Source of the DNA: Gemmatimonadota bacterium
Lineage (GTDB): Bacteria > Gemmatimonadota > Gemmatimonadetes > Longimicrobiales > Gaopeijiaceae
DNA length: 64,000 nucleotides
Direction: 5' to 3'
NCBI GenBank assembly: GCA_034521595.1
Contig: JAXHMG010000003.1
Span: forward strand, 2,272,001-2,336,000
The notes below the pieces were generated by a model. It was not told the DNA's origin, made no database searches, and was given only the letters and a program-made list of their open reading frames with translations. Position 1 is the first letter of the stretch, and each line of letters opens with the position of its first letter. Below are positions 32,390 through 44,131 of the stretch, piece after piece. A program made the position numbers and the translations under genes.

Positions 32390-32947
32390 TTATCCTTCGA
32401 GCAAACGACGGACCAGTCCCACGTTGACGTCCGCATCCCAGTGCGTTCCGCCCGCGACCTTCTTGTAGATGATGCCGTCCTTCCCGATCAGGAAGGTTTC
32501 GGGAACACCGGTCGTCTGGTAGATGCGTTGGATGTCGCCGGCGGGATCGTGAAGGATCGGGAACGTGAGGCCGAACTGATCGACGAATGCGCGAATGTCT
32601 CCGCCGGGATTCCCGCTCTCGTCGGTCTCACCGGCTCGGGCATCGACGCTCACGGCGACGATCTCGAAGTCCTCGTCCTCGAACTCTTCATAGAGCCGCT
32701 GCATCGACGGCATCTCTTCCCTGCACGGCGCACACCAAGTCGCCCAGATGTTGAGCAGGACGACGTTGCCCTCGTAGGTGTCGAGCGATGCCTCGCCACC
32801 GTCCAGCGTGCGGGCCGTGAAGTTCGGGGCCTGCGTCCCCGTGCTGACGGGCCGGTAGCTCTCCCTCCCCAGCCACGCGACCAGCACGATCGCAGCCACA
32901 CCGACCCCGGCCCAGAGATATGGCGAACGAAAGAACTTGCGCTTCAT
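32390..32947 (-). CDS. TlpA/ResA-family thiol-disulfide oxidoreductase
   Basis: NIWATWCAPCREEMP, GVPETF, N-terminal TM anchor. Confidence 0.9.
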   Translation of the reverse strand: MKRKFFRSPYLWAGVGVAAIVLVAWLGRESYRPVSTGTQAPNFTARTLDGGEASLDTYEGNVVLLNIWATWCAPCREEMPSMQRLYEEFEDEDFEIVAVSVDARAGETDESGNPGGDIRAFVDQFGLTFPILHDPAGDIQRIYQTTGVPETFLIGKDGIIYKKVAGGTHWDADVNVGLVRRLLEG

Positions 32948-33009
32948 GAGAACCGATCTCGGCGAGGTCTTGAGAGGGATGGTCAGGCATCTGCTCAACG
33001 CATCGAATG

Positions 33010-33846
33010 CTACGAATTCGGCGGCTCATTGTTCCCCGTGCCCCCCCTCCGCCCGACGGACAGGATCACCTCCGCCCCACGCCTCAGCTCCGTGTCGGCC
33101 GCCGGCTCCTGCTCGACCACGATGCCCTGGTCCCGACCGAACCGAAACACCTCGCGAACCTCCGAGACGACCAAGCCGAGAGAGTCGAGCGTGGCGATCG
33201 CCTCCGACTCCTCGAGCCCGAGCACCAACGGCATGGAGACGGAAGGGGGGCCGGTGCTCATCACGACCTCCACCTCCGCGGGTAACGCGACGATACTATC
33301 CGGCTCGGGGGACACCTCGATGACCCGGCCGCGGCTCGTTTCGGACTCTGCCGAGTCGGTGCGCACCACGAAGCCGCTCGCCTCGAGCACCACGATCGCC
33401 TGCTCCATTCCGAGCCCACGCACGTCGGGCACGGCGCGGGTCTGCGGCCCGAGGCTCACGGTCACCCGGACCGGGCTGTCCGGGAGCATGGATTGCCCGG
33501 GCAGGGGAGACTGTCCGACCACTCGCTCGGCAGGCACCGTCGGATGGGCGATCGAATCGATCGGGCCGAGCTCCAGGTTGGCTCCGGCCAGCCGCTCGCG
33601 GGCGGTCGATACGTCCGCGCCCCGGAGGTCCGGCACCTCGAACATGTCTCCCGGGGGCGGAGGCGCGGGGAAGACGGCTCGCGTCGCCACGAGATACCCG
33701 ACCAGCCACCCGAGGACCGCGAGCCCGGCGATGCCGGCCACGGTTCTCCGGTTCAGCCATTCGAGCCCCCAACCAGCCCGACCTTCCCCGGCCTGACTCT
33801 TCGCCCTGTTCTTTCGGCTCCTCTTGAGCGATCCCCCCAGCTTCAT
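33010..33846 (-). CDS. Membrane-anchored protein with three PASTA domains, no kinase
   Basis: Single TM followed by three (V/M)P.(L/V).G...A...L...G(L/F) repeats; ATGA overlap with the rsmB stop. Confidence 0.85.
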   Translation of the reverse strand: MKLGGSLKRSRKNRAKSQAGEGRAGWGLEWLNRRTVAGIAGLAVLGWLVGYLVATRAVFPAPPPPGDMFEVPDLRGADVSTARERLAGANLELGPIDSIAHPTVPAERVVGQSPLPGQSMLPDSPVRVTVSLGPQTRAVPDVRGLGMEQAIVVLEASGFVVRTDSAESETSRGRVIEVSPEPDSIVALPAEVEVVMSTGPPSVSMPLVLGLEESEAIATLDSLGLVVSEVREVFRFGRDQGIVVEQEPAADTELRRGAEVILSVGRRGGTGNNEPPNS

Positions 33847-35141
33847 CCTGTCCTCCTCATGCGCGCGGCGAACGCACCGTCGAACCCGTTCGTCTGGGGC
33901 GTGACGAACAGGCATCCCCTTTCATCCACCATTTCCGCCGGCACCGCTCCAGTGCTTTCGATCCGGAAGTCGTCGTGCGTACCCAGAAAGCTATCGATCC
34001 GGTCCCGATTCTCCTCGGGCTCGAGCGTGCACGTGGAATACACCAACACGCCCCCCGGGGCCACGGATTCGGACACCGACTCGAGCATCCGGGCCTGCAG
34101 CATGCTCAAGCGTTCAATCGCGGCGGCATCGAGGCGCCATCGCGCATCGGGATGACGAGCGAAGGTCCCCGTGCCGGAGCACGGCACGTCGAGCAACGCG
34201 ACATCCAAGCCCGAGAAGGGTGGCCGCAGCGCGTCGGCGACCACGCAGGTGACGGGACGCCCCGTCCGCTCACTGTTCTCGCGCACCATTCGAATCCGGG
34301 CCGGAGAGCGGTCGACCGCCACGACGCGCGCGACGCGAGCGGACACGGCGAGCGCCTTTCCTCCAGGCGCGGCACAGAGGTCTGCAATGACCGTGCCGGA
34401 GGGTAGATCCGCGTACCGCGTGACCAGTCCGGCCGCCGGATCCTGAATGAGCGAGGCCGGCACGGCCGCCAACGCGTCGAGGGGTCGCGTGCCTTCATCG
34501 AGCCGGACGTGGACCGGCTCGTCCGCAACGACCGTGCCGGCCAAGCCCGCGTCCGCGAGGCGCTCCAATACGGCGTCCGCGCCGAGGTCCAGGGCGAGCA
34601 GGAAGGTCGGCGGCCGCCGATTGTTGGCTGCGACGAGCGCCTCCACGTCCTCGAACGGCCACCGCCGTAACCAGCGCTCGAGAAGCCAACTCGGATGCGA
34701 TCCCCACGCCTCGAGGTACGCCAGCGGCTCCCGCGAGCGGTCCGGAAAATGGGCCTGGTCGTCCCCCGCTTCGGCGACCCGCCGCAGCACCGCGTTCACG
34801 AGGCCCGTGGGCTTGGCTCCCACGACTGCACGCACCTGGTCCACGGCCTCCGAAACCGCCGCGAACGTGGGGACCGAGTCCATGTAGAGGACCTCGTAGC
34901 TCCCCAAGCGGAGCACTTCGAGCACGGCGGGGTCGAGGGCGGTCAACTCCCGTTCGACATGCCGTGCCAAGAGGTGGTCGAGGCGCCCGCGGAGCCGCGT
35001 GGTCCCGTAGGTCAAATCGTGGGCGAAGGCCCGATCTCTTGCATCTAGACTCGCGGCACGGACACCGAACGCCCGATCCAGGCGCCGGCCCCGCTCGACT
35101 TCCATGCGAATCGCGTGTGCCGCTCGCCTCGCGGTCGACAC
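33843..35141 (-). CDS. rsmB: 16S rRNA m5C967 methyltransferase RsmB/Sun
   Basis: NusB-like N-domain (LVNAVLR), QD, DLCAAPGGK, DVPCSGTG, YSTCT.EPEEN; start GTG 35141 is approximate. Confidence 0.92.
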   Translation of the reverse strand: MSTARRAAHAIRMEVERGRRLDRAFGVRAASLDARDRAFAHDLTYGTTRLRGRLDHLLARHVERELTALDPAVLEVLRLGSYEVLYMDSVPTFAAVSEAVDQVRAVVGAKPTGLVNAVLRRVAEAGDDQAHFPDRSREPLAYLEAWGSHPSWLLERWLRRWPFEDVEALVAANNRRPPTFLLALDLGADAVLERLADAGLAGTVVADEPVHVRLDEGTRPLDALAAVPASLIQDPAAGLVTRYADLPSGTVIADLCAAPGGKALAVSARVARVVAVDRSPARIRMVRENSERTGRPVTCVVADALRPPFSGLDVALLDVPCSGTGTFARHPDARWRLDAAAIERLSMLQARMLESVSESVAPGGVLVYSTCTLEPEENRDRIDSFLGTHDDFRIESTGAVPAEMVDERGCLFVTPQTNGFDGAFAARMRRTG

Positions 35142-35146
35142 CCCGG

Positions 35147-35959
35147 TCAGTCCAGCATTCCCGCGGTGGGCGACGAGGGGACCGCGATCTCCCGTGAAGG
35201 CATCCGTCCCGCCAGGTAGGCCGACCGTCCGGCCCACACGGCGCTCCGCATCGCATGGGCCATCCGGACGGGGTCGTCCGCCGCCGCGATCGCGGTGTTC
35301 ATGAGCACCCCGTCCACGCCCTGTTCCATGGTCACGCACGCATCCGAAGCCGTCCCGACGCCCGCGTCGACGATCACGGGAACCTCCAAGCGCCGCTTGA
35401 TCTCGCGGATGAAGTACGGGTTCACGACGCCGAGCCCGCTGCCGATGGGGCTCGCGAGCGGCATGACCGCCACGCAACCGGCGTCTTCCAACCGCAGCGC
35501 GGTGACGAGATCGTCGTTCGTGTACGCCATCACCTTGAATCCCTCGTCGGAGAGGGTCTTCGCCGCGTCCACCGTGGCCTGGACGTCCGGTAGCAGGGTG
35601 GTCTCGTCGCCGATCACCTCGAGCTTCACGAACTCGTTGAACCCGGCCGCGCGGGCGAGCCGTGCGTACCGGACCGCGTCCTCCGCCGTGTAGCACCCGG
35701 CGGTGTTGGCGAGCAGGAAGAACTCCTTCGGGTCCAGATGGTGGAGCACCCCCTCCTCTTTCGTGCGGTCCAAATCCACCCTGCGCACCGCCACGGTCAC
35801 CATATCCGCGCCGGAGGCCCGGATCGCGTCCACCATGACCTCGTTCGTGGCGTACTTCCCGGTTCCCACGATGAGCCGGGAGGTGAGGGTGTGCCCCCCG
35901 ACTTCGAGGGCTTCGTCCTGGACCGCCGGAGCCTCCGACGTCGTCTGGCTGGCCGTCAT
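35147..35959 (-). CDS. thiG: Thiazole synthase
   Basis: SRLIVGTGKY, NTAGC, KLEVIGD..TLLPD, MPLASPIGSG.G, DAGVGTASDA. Confidence 0.96.
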   Translation of the reverse strand: MTASQTTSEAPAVQDEALEVGGHTLTSRLIVGTGKYATNEVMVDAIRASGADMVTVAVRRVDLDRTKEEGVLHHLDPKEFFLLANTAGCYTAEDAVRYARLARAAGFNEFVKLEVIGDETTLLPDVQATVDAAKTLSDEGFKVMAYTNDDLVTALRLEDAGCVAVMPLASPIGSGLGVVNPYFIREIKRRLEVPVIVDAGVGTASDACVTMEQGVDGVLMNTAIAAADDPVRMAHAMRSAVWAGRSAYLAGRMPSREIAVPSSPTAGMLD

Positions 35960-35960
35960 C

Positions 35961-36179
35961 TCAACCTCCACCCACGAAGTGCACGAGCTCGACCGTGTCC
36001 CCTTCGCCGATCGTGAATTCGTCGTATCGGTCCCGTTCCAGGATCTCACGGTTGAGCTCCACGACCACCATGCCGGGATGGAGGTCGAGGGATTCCAGGA
36101 GCTCGCGCACCGATTGGCCGGCAGCCAGGTCGTGCGGCTTTCCGTTCAGCCGGATTTCGATCATTTCCGTCGTATTCAT
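35961..36179 (-). CDS. thiS: Sulfur carrier protein ThiS
   Basis: 72 aa; NG...VVELNREI...VELVHFVGGG C-terminus; adjacent to thiG. Confidence 0.95.
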   Translation of the reverse strand: MNTTEMIEIRLNGKPHDLAAGQSVRELLESLDLHPGMVVVELNREILERDRYDEFTIGEGDTVELVHFVGGG

Positions 36180-36838
36180 CGGCCCTCCGTGGATGGCCCG
36201 AGCGCTTCATCGAGCGCGGTAAGATACTCGAGTACGGCGGACGCGGGATCGGATCGGGCCCAGACGCCGCGCAACACGGCCACGCCCCAGGTCCCCGCCC
36301 GGAGGAGATCCGCGACGACATCCGGCTCGACGCCACCGATAGCCAGCGTCGGAACGCCCGACGCGTGCTCCAGGATCCGCTCCACCCCCCCGATGCCGAG
36401 GCCTGCTCGGCCCGGGTGGCTGTCCGTCGGGAATATCGTACCCACGAACGCGAAATTCGCGCCGTCCCCCCGCGCTCGGGCCAGCTCGGAACCGTCGTGG
36501 ACGGACACCCCGATCCAGCTCTGCGGACCCACGAGCGCCCGCGCTTCCCGGATCGGAAGCGAACGGCTACCCAGGTGCACCCCGTCCAACCCGGCCGCCA
36601 GAGCCACGTCCACCCGATCGTTCGCCAACAGGGTCGCTCCGTGCCGGCGCGCCACCGGAGCCAGCGCCATGGCCATATCGTAAACGGACTTTCCGCTCGA
36701 GCGCGGTCCTCTGAGGTGCACGGCCACGTCGGCCCCACCGGCCTCGAGCACCCGGGTCGCGCAGTCCTGGAAGCCGCCCCGCTCGAGCACGCCCGAATCC
36801 GTGACGAGATGTAGCCGGGGAAGGGTGAGATCAGCCAC
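36176..36838 (-). CDS. thiE: Thiamine phosphate synthase family (ThiE/TenI)
   Basis: NDRVDVA, DGVHLG, IGVSVH, GTIFPTDSH, LAIGG. The HLR and TxSH variants leave a TenI-like role possible. Confidence 0.8.
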   Translation of the reverse strand: MADLTLPRLHLVTDSGVLERGGFQDCATRVLEAGGADVAVHLRGPRSSGKSVYDMAMALAPVARRHGATLLANDRVDVALAAGLDGVHLGSRSLPIREARALVGPQSWIGVSVHDGSELARARGDGANFAFVGTIFPTDSHPGRAGLGIGGVERILEHASGVPTLAIGGVEPDVVADLLRAGTWGVAVLRGVWARSDPASAVLEYLTALDEALGPSTEGR

Positions 36839-36851
36839 CGGTACCGGAACC

Positions 36852-37847
36852 TCAGCCGAAGGTCTGTCCGACGGCGATGCCTCTTCCGTTGATCCAATCG
36901 CTCGCCACCATCCGGCGGCTCCCGGGCGGTTGTACTTCCCCGAGGAGGACGCTCCCCGATCCCGCCTGCACGCGCACCCCCTCGGACGGGTCGGCCCCGA
37001 GCACACGACCGGGGCGCGGCTCCGGCGCCCGTGGATCGGCGCCACTGCCCGCGACGACACCTTCTTCGGTGGAGCGATGGCCCGCCGCCCGGTCGCTCGT
37101 CGGCCTGGGGCGAAAGAGCTTGACCGGCGCTTCGTCCAGCGTGGTCCACGCTCCCGGCACCGGATCCATCGCACGGATATGGTTCGCGACATCGATCGCG
37201 GGGCGGGACCAGTCGATCCGCGCGGTCTCCCGATCGATCTTCGGTGCGTAGGTCGCTTCGCCGTGATCCTGCTCGACCTCCTCGACGGCACCGACCGTGA
37301 GAAGGGCCAGCCCTTCCACCAGCGCGGCCGCCCCGACTTCCGAAAGGCGCTCCGTGAGCTCACCCGCCGTCTCGTCCGGAAGGATCCGCTCGGACACCTG
37401 GTGCAGGATGGGGCCGGCGTCCATGGCTTCAACCATGCGCATGACGGTGACGCCCGTCTCCTCGTAGCCCCGCGCGATCGCCCAGTTCACCGGAGCCGCC
37501 CCTCGCAGCTTCGGCAGCAGCGAGGCGTGCAGATTCAGGGAGCCGAGCCGCGGGAGCTCGAGCACCTCCGTGCGGAGGATGTGCCCGTAGGCCACGACGA
37601 TGGAGACGTCCGGCTGGAGGTCGCCGATCGACGAGAGGAAGTCCTCGCCCTTCGGGCGCTCCGGAGTGAGCACGGTGAGGTCCTCCTCGAGCGCGGCCCG
37701 CCTCACCGGTGAAGGCTGCATGCGTCGCCCCCGGCCGGCGGGACGATCCGGCTGCGTGACCACTCCCACGATGTCGAATCCCTCTCCGACGAGTGCGAGC
37801 AGGGCGGGGACCGCGAACTCGGGTGTACCCCAGAAGAGGATCCTCAT
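36852..37847 (-). CDS. fmt: Methionyl-tRNA formyltransferase
   Basis: GTPEFA, TQPDRPAGRG, VVAYG, NLHASLLP..RGAAP, MDAG. Confidence 0.97.
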   Translation of the reverse strand: MRILFWGTPEFAVPALLALVGEGFDIVGVVTQPDRPAGRGRRMQPSPVRRAALEEDLTVLTPERPKGEDFLSSIGDLQPDVSIVVAYGHILRTEVLELPRLGSLNLHASLLPKLRGAAPVNWAIARGYEETGVTVMRMVEAMDAGPILHQVSERILPDETAGELTERLSEVGAAALVEGLALLTVGAVEEVEQDHGEATYAPKIDRETARIDWSRPAIDVANHIRAMDPVPGAWTTLDEAPVKLFRPRPTSDRAAGHRSTEEGVVAGSGADPRAPEPRPGRVLGADPSEGVRVQAGSGSVLLGEVQPPGSRRMVASDWINGRGIAVGQTFG

Positions 37848-37854
37848 ACGCGCC

Positions 37855-38370
37855 TCAGGACTCCTCCTCTTCGCGAAGCTTCTTCCACTTCTTGAGCAGC
37901 ATGCGCCGCTTGAGCGGTGTCACACGATCGACGAACAGCACGCCGTCCACGTGATCGATCTCGTGTTGAAGCGCCCGCGCCAGGAGCTGGTCGGCTTCGA
38001 GGGTCAGGGGCTCGCCGCTCGGGTCGAAGCCTTCCACGCGCACCGACACCGAGCGCTCCACCACTTCTTCGATGCCCGGGATGCTCAGACACCCTTCGGC
38101 TTCCTTGTCCGTCTCGGAGCTGGACCAGGAAACGCGCGGATTGACGATGGCCATGGGCTCGTCGGCATGCTCCTCACGCCGTAGATCGACGACGATGATT
38201 CGCTTCGAGAGCCCGATCTGAGGGGCCGCCAGGCCGATCCCCTCCGCGTGGTACATCGTTTCGAACATGTCCCGCACGAGGATCCGGAGGTCCTCGTCGA
38301 ACGACGTGACCTCGTCGGTCTCCCGGCGAAGCACCGGGTCTCCGAGCAAGACGATCTCTCGTACGGCCAT
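37855..38370 (-). CDS. def: Peptide deformylase
   Basis: GIGLAAPQ, EGCLS, QHEIDH. Confidence 0.97.
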   Translation of the reverse strand: MAVREIVLLGDPVLRRETDEVTSFDEDLRILVRDMFETMYHAEGIGLAAPQIGLSKRIIVVDLRREEHADEPMAIVNPRVSWSSSETDKEAEGCLSIPGIEEVVERSVSVRVEGFDPSGEPLTLEADQLLARALQHEIDHVDGVLFVDRVTPLKRRMLLKKWKKLREEEES

Positions 38371-38376
38371 CGCTGT

Positions 38377-39899
<1,523 letters not shown>

Positions 39900-39908
39900 T
39901 CAGCCGGC

Positions 39909-40979
39909 CTAGGGTTGCTCGTCACGGGGGAGGATCGCCATCGCGTCCCCGTACGAGTAGAAGCGGTACCCTTCGGCAACGGCGACCCGGTATGCGTCCA
40001 TGACCCGCTCGAAACCGCCGAGCGCCGCGACCAACATGAGGAGCGTCGAGCGCGGCAGATGGAAGTTGGTGATCAACCCATCGACGACCTTGAAGTCGAA
40101 CGGCGGGTGGATGAAGAGATCGGTGACCCCCGAGCCGGGCGCGACGCCACCGCGAGCGTCGGAAACGGCCTCGAGGGTACGAACCACGGTGGTGCCGACC
40201 GCCCACACGCGTCCTCCGGCCTGGCGTGTCTCGGCCACCGCTGCCGCTGCCGACTCCGGCACCGTGTAGCGTTCCCGGTGCATCTCGTGCTCCGCCGGAT
40301 CGTCGGTGTCGACGGGCCGGAACGTGCCCATCCCCACGTCGAGGGTCACCGCCGTGCGCCGCACCCCCATCGACTCCAACGCGGCGAGGAGCTCGTCCGT
40401 GAAATGGAGGCCGGCCGTCGGTGCCGCGACCGAGCCCGGAGCGCGGGCGTAGACCGTCTGGTACCGTTCGCGGTCGAGCGGCTCGTCCTCCCGGTCGATG
40501 TAGGGCGGCAGCGGCATGTGTCCGTGACGCTCGATCGCCGCTTCGACGGACCCGTCGGCGTGGAGGCGAACGATCCTGCCGCCACCGGCCGCCCCGTCCC
40601 GGATCTCGACCTTCAGCTCCGGGGCGATCTCGACCGTGCGGCCCGGCTTCAGCTTGCTCCCCGGACGCACCAAGGCGTTCCAGTCCCGCGGGTCGTCTCC
40701 CTCCGCCGGCCCGAGGAGGAAGATCTCCGCGGGTGCCCCCGTGGGCTTGCGGCCGAGAAGCCGCGCCGGCCGCACCCGGCTCTCGTTGACCACGAGGAGG
40801 TCACCAGAACGAACCAGCTCGGTGATCTGCCGGAAGCGGAGGTGCCGGAAGGGACCGTCGCCCGGCGGGACCACGAGCATTCGGCTCTCGTCCCTCGTCG
40901 TGGCCGGGTAGCGAGCGATCCGCTCGGGGGGAAGGTCGTACTCGTATTCCCACACCCGTGTGCCCCGAGTCTCGCTCAC
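39909..40979 (-). CDS. queA: S-adenosylmethionine:tRNA ribosyltransferase-isomerase
   Basis: [48 protein letters not shown]. Confidence 0.97.
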   Translation of the reverse strand: MSETRGTRVWEYEYDLPPERIARYPATTRDESRMLVVPPGDGPFRHLRFRQITELVRSGDLLVVNESRVRPARLLGRKPTGAPAEIFLLGPAEGDDPRDWNALVRPGSKLKPGRTVEIAPELKVEIRDGAAGGGRIVRLHADGSVEAAIERHGHMPLPPYIDREDEPLDRERYQTVYARAPGSVAAPTAGLHFTDELLAALESMGVRRTAVTLDVGMGTFRPVDTDDPAEHEMHRERYTVPESAAAAVAETRQAGGRVWAVGTTVVRTLEAVSDARGGVAPGSGVTDLFIHPPFDFKVVDGLITNFHLPRSTLLMLVAALGGFERVMDAYRVAVAEGYRFYSYGDAMAILPRDEQP

Positions 40980-42019
40980 TCCAGGACGAACAGGGTGCCT
41001 TGGCCGTCCTGCAGCGCTTCCGGCACCGTGTAGCCGAATCGCCGGAACGCCCGCGGCGTCGCGACACGTCCCTGGGGCGTGCGCATCAGGTATCCTTCCA
41101 TGATCAGGAACGGCTCGTAGACCTCTTCGAGGGTCGTCGCGTCCTCACCCATCGCCACGGCGAGGGAGTTGAGCCCCACCGGCCCGCCCTCGAACTTCTC
41201 GATCAGGGTCTTGAGCACGCGCGCGTCCATCTCGTCGAGGCCGTACTCGTCCACGTCGAGAAGCTTCAACGCGTCCTGGGCGACCGTGCGGTCGATGCGT
41301 CCCTCCGCCCGCACCTCGGCGAAGTCGCGTACTCTCCGGAGCAGGCGGTTGGCGACCCGGGGCGTGCCGCGCGCCCGACGCGCGATCTCGGACGCGCCAT
41401 CGGAGGTGGCCTGGACCCCCAAGATCTCCGAGCTGCGTGAGACGATCGTCGTCAGCTCCTCGGCCGGATAGAAGTTGAGGCGCTGCACGATTCCGAAGCG
41501 GGCGCGCATCGGCGCGGTCAGGAGCCCGAACCGCGTGGTCGCGCCCACGAGCGTGAAGGGCTCGATTCGCATCGTCATCGTGTCGGCCTTGGGGCCGTCC
41601 GACAGGCGAATCTCGACCTGCCAGTCCTCCATCGCCGGATACAGGAACTCTTCGATGATCGGACGGAGCCTGTGGATCTCGTCGATGAAGAGAATGTCAC
41701 CCTTGCGCTGGTTCGTGAGGATCCCGACCAGGTCGGCCGGCTTCTCGAGCACCGGCCCCGACGTGGTCTTGATGTTCACGCCCAACTCGCGCGCCATGAG
41801 CGCAGCCAACGTGGTCTTGCCCAGCCCCGGCGGACCGTGAAAGAGCACGTGGTCGAGCGGCTCCTGCCGACCCCGGGCCGCTTCGATCGCAATGGCGAGC
41901 GATTCGCGAACCTTCGGTTGTCCGATGAACTCCGCCAGCCGCTGAGGCCGCAGGCTCGGCTCGACCTGCTCTTCGTCGGAGAGGGCCTCGGGGGTCGTGA
42001 CTTCGGTCCGTTCGCTCAT
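40976..42019 (-). CDS. ruvB: Holliday junction branch migration helicase RuvB
   Basis: [46 protein letters not shown]. Confidence 0.98.
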   Translation of the reverse strand: MSERTEVTTPEALSDEEQVEPSLRPQRLAEFIGQPKVRESLAIAIEAARGRQEPLDHVLFHGPPGLGKTTLAALMARELGVNIKTTSGPVLEKPADLVGILTNQRKGDILFIDEIHRLRPIIEEFLYPAMEDWQVEIRLSDGPKADTMTMRIEPFTLVGATTRFGLLTAPMRARFGIVQRLNFYPAEELTTIVSRSSEILGVQATSDGASEIARRARGTPRVANRLLRRVRDFAEVRAEGRIDRTVAQDALKLLDVDEYGLDEMDARVLKTLIEKFEGGPVGLNSLAVAMGEDATTLEEVYEPFLIMEGYLMRTPQGRVATPRAFRRFGYTVPEALQDGQGTLFVLE

Positions 42020-42028
42020 ACCTGCAAT

Positions 42029-42035
42029 CTAAGCC
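42029..42035 (+). repeat. 7-bp direct repeat CTAAGCC, left boundary of the insert between ruvB and ruvA
   Basis: Identical to 45983-45989, which contains the ruvA stop codon. Confidence 0.5.
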
Positions 42036-42110
42036 GTCGCACGGGGTGCGTGCAGCGTGGGGGCGTCACACTACGCTCCATGGACGTGCTTTCCCGTCAA
42101 CGCCGACACC

Positions 42111-44003
42111 TCAAGGCGGACTCGACTGCCATCGAACAAGAAACTTCCCGATACGCATCTGATCGGGGTACTCGGCGACGAGCGCAGCCACTAGGTCCGC
42201 AGGCATGGAGGAGAACTGAGCTCGTGTGTTGACGACAATCACGTTTACGTCGTGAGCCTTCAAGGAAGCGAGCGTTCGGTCCGTCCTGGAGTGATCGTCC
42301 TCGAAGATCTCGAAGAGGGACCGCGTCGGGTTCTCGAGGCCGGAGAGGAACGACACTTCGGGCGCGTCCGGAGCGGCGTACACGTACCGGCTGCGCGTTA
42401 GGTCACGTACCACCTCGACGAGGCGAGTGTACTCGGTGGCGTCGGAGATAGGGACCGAAATCCGACCCCGGGCAAGTGGGAGTCGCGTCTCCTCCAAGGG
42501 TGGGAGCGGCCCCAAGAGCGCGCCGCGGTTGGGCCCCCATACGAAGAACACCGCATACGCCAACGTCACCGCGGCCAGGACGGCGCGACGAGGCACGAGG
42601 GGGTGGAGTCGCGGGGTGTCGCGCGCGCTCAACCTGGCGAGGACGCCGCCCACGGCAAGGACCGCGAGGGGAGCTACGTACCCAAAGTATATGGGGACCG
42701 CGAATGGGTACCGGATAAGATGGATCAGGGCCAGAATCCAAAGCGTCGCCACGAGGGGCGGGTCATCTGGCACACTCCCCCTCCGGCCCCAGAAAGACGC
42801 CGTCGCACCGGCGGCCACCACCGTCGGCACGACCAGCAGCAGTGAATCGAAGACCGCGATGAATATCCGGACGTTCATGCGCAGCATCAGCACTGCGCTG
42901 CCGACCAGAACCGCCGTCGCGATGCCGGTCCTGTAGCGCCGCCCCACCGCCGCCCCGACGATCAGGAGGACGGTAGGTATGATGATCGTCCAGGTACGCG
43001 AAAGCGGCGGTACCGGCAAGGCAACTTCCGTGAATCGCTCGGCCGGCAGGACGACGACACCTCGGTAGAGATCGTCCAGCCCCCCCGACACGGCGTACCA
43101 TGCGAGGAAGGGCAACACAGCTGCCAACACCCCCGTGACGAGACAAGCCCAATTCGCCACCGTCCTCCGCAAAGCCGCCCGACCGTGCTCTACCTCACGC
43201 GACCGCCAGACCAGCGCGGCACCGAGGAGTGCACTCGGGAACACATAGCTGACCCAGGTGGCAAGGCCGATCTGCGACCGAACGAGCGCGGTCTCCATCA
43301 GAATCAGCAGGGCGACGACGAACGCGGCAGCCAGGGGGAAGGCTCGAAAGACGGAGGGGGACGAAGCAGATGCTCTCTCCGTTCCTCGGGTGCTCTCGTC
43401 ATGCAGGACGTAGAAAAGCGCGCCGGCCAGCAGATAGAGGCCGGTCACCTTGAACAAGATAGACAGTCCGGCAGCGATCCCTACCGCCAGGAGCCAACGA
43501 CTTCGACGATCATCGGTCCACCGGATGAGCGCCCAGAGGCCCCACGTGGCGAAGAACAGATTGTACCAGGAAGGCATGGCCGCAGGGTAATTCGGGGGGC
43601 CCGCCAGTAAGGCCACCATCGTGACCGCTGCCGCCGCCACCGGCGATCTCACCAACCGATGTGCGATGGACCAGACCGCCGGAAGCCACAGCGCCACCGC
43701 AACGAGCATCAACACACGGGGCGTAAGCAGGTGGACCCCCAGCACCTCCATGGCGGCTGCATGGACGTAGTCGAGGAGCCCCGTGTACATCCCGTCGAAG
43801 TCGCGGTGCGGGACCTCACCCTGAAGGACGCGCCAAGCGGCCTGCCCGAGCGTCCCTTCGTCGTGAGGGATCCATCGGCGGTCGAACAAGGTGACGTAGT
43901 AGAGCACACCTGCGCTCCACGTCCCGATCGCCCAGCGGAGCACTCGGCTTCTGTCCGCACACGATGTGTCGGCCTGTTGGCGCGATCCGGCGCGCGGCAT
44001 CAT
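42111..44003 (-). CDS. Polytopic membrane glycosyltransferase, GT-C/ArnT-PMT-like
   Basis: First TM followed by a loop with HDEG (DE motif) and P.RDF...Y; many TM helices; FK..G motif; soluble C-terminal domain. Start uncertain (the ORF is open to 44087). Confidence 0.7.
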   Translation of the reverse strand: MMPRAGSRQQADTSCADRSRVLRWAIGTWSAGVLYYVTLFDRRWIPHDEGTLGQAAWRVLQGEVPHRDFDGMYTGLLDYVHAAAMEVLGVHLLTPRVLMLVAVALWLPAVWSIAHRLVRSPVAAAAVTMVALLAGPPNYPAAMPSWYNLFFATWGLWALIRWTDDRRSRWLLAVGIAAGLSILFKVTGLYLLAGALFYVLHDESTRGTERASASSPSVFRAFPLAAAFVVALLILMETALVRSQIGLATWVSYVFPSALLGAALVWRSREVEHGRAALRRTVANWACLVTGVLAAVLPFLAWYAVSGGLDDLYRGVVVLPAERFTEVALPVPPLSRTWTIIIPTVLLIVGAAVGRRYRTGIATAVLVGSAVLMLRMNVRIFIAVFDSLLLVVPTVVAAGATASFWGRRGSVPDDPPLVATLWILALIHLIRYPFAVPIYFGYVAPLAVLAVGGVLARLSARDTPRLHPLVPRRAVLAAVTLAYAVFFVWGPNRGALLGPLPPLEETRLPLARGRISVPISDATEYTRLVEVVRDLTRSRYVYAAPDAPEVSFLSGLENPTRSLFEIFEDDHSRTDRTLASLKAHDVNVIVVNTRAQFSSMPADLVAALVAEYPDQMRIGKFLVRWQSSPP

Positions 44004-44131
44004 ACTGGCCTCGGAACGAGCACGACCTCCGCCGGCGGGGAAGCGATCAGGGTCGGTGAGAAATCGACGATGGCCGGCAGCGTACATCGGACGCTTTCAA
44101 GGGGCAAGCATATCCGCAACGGACGAAGACC

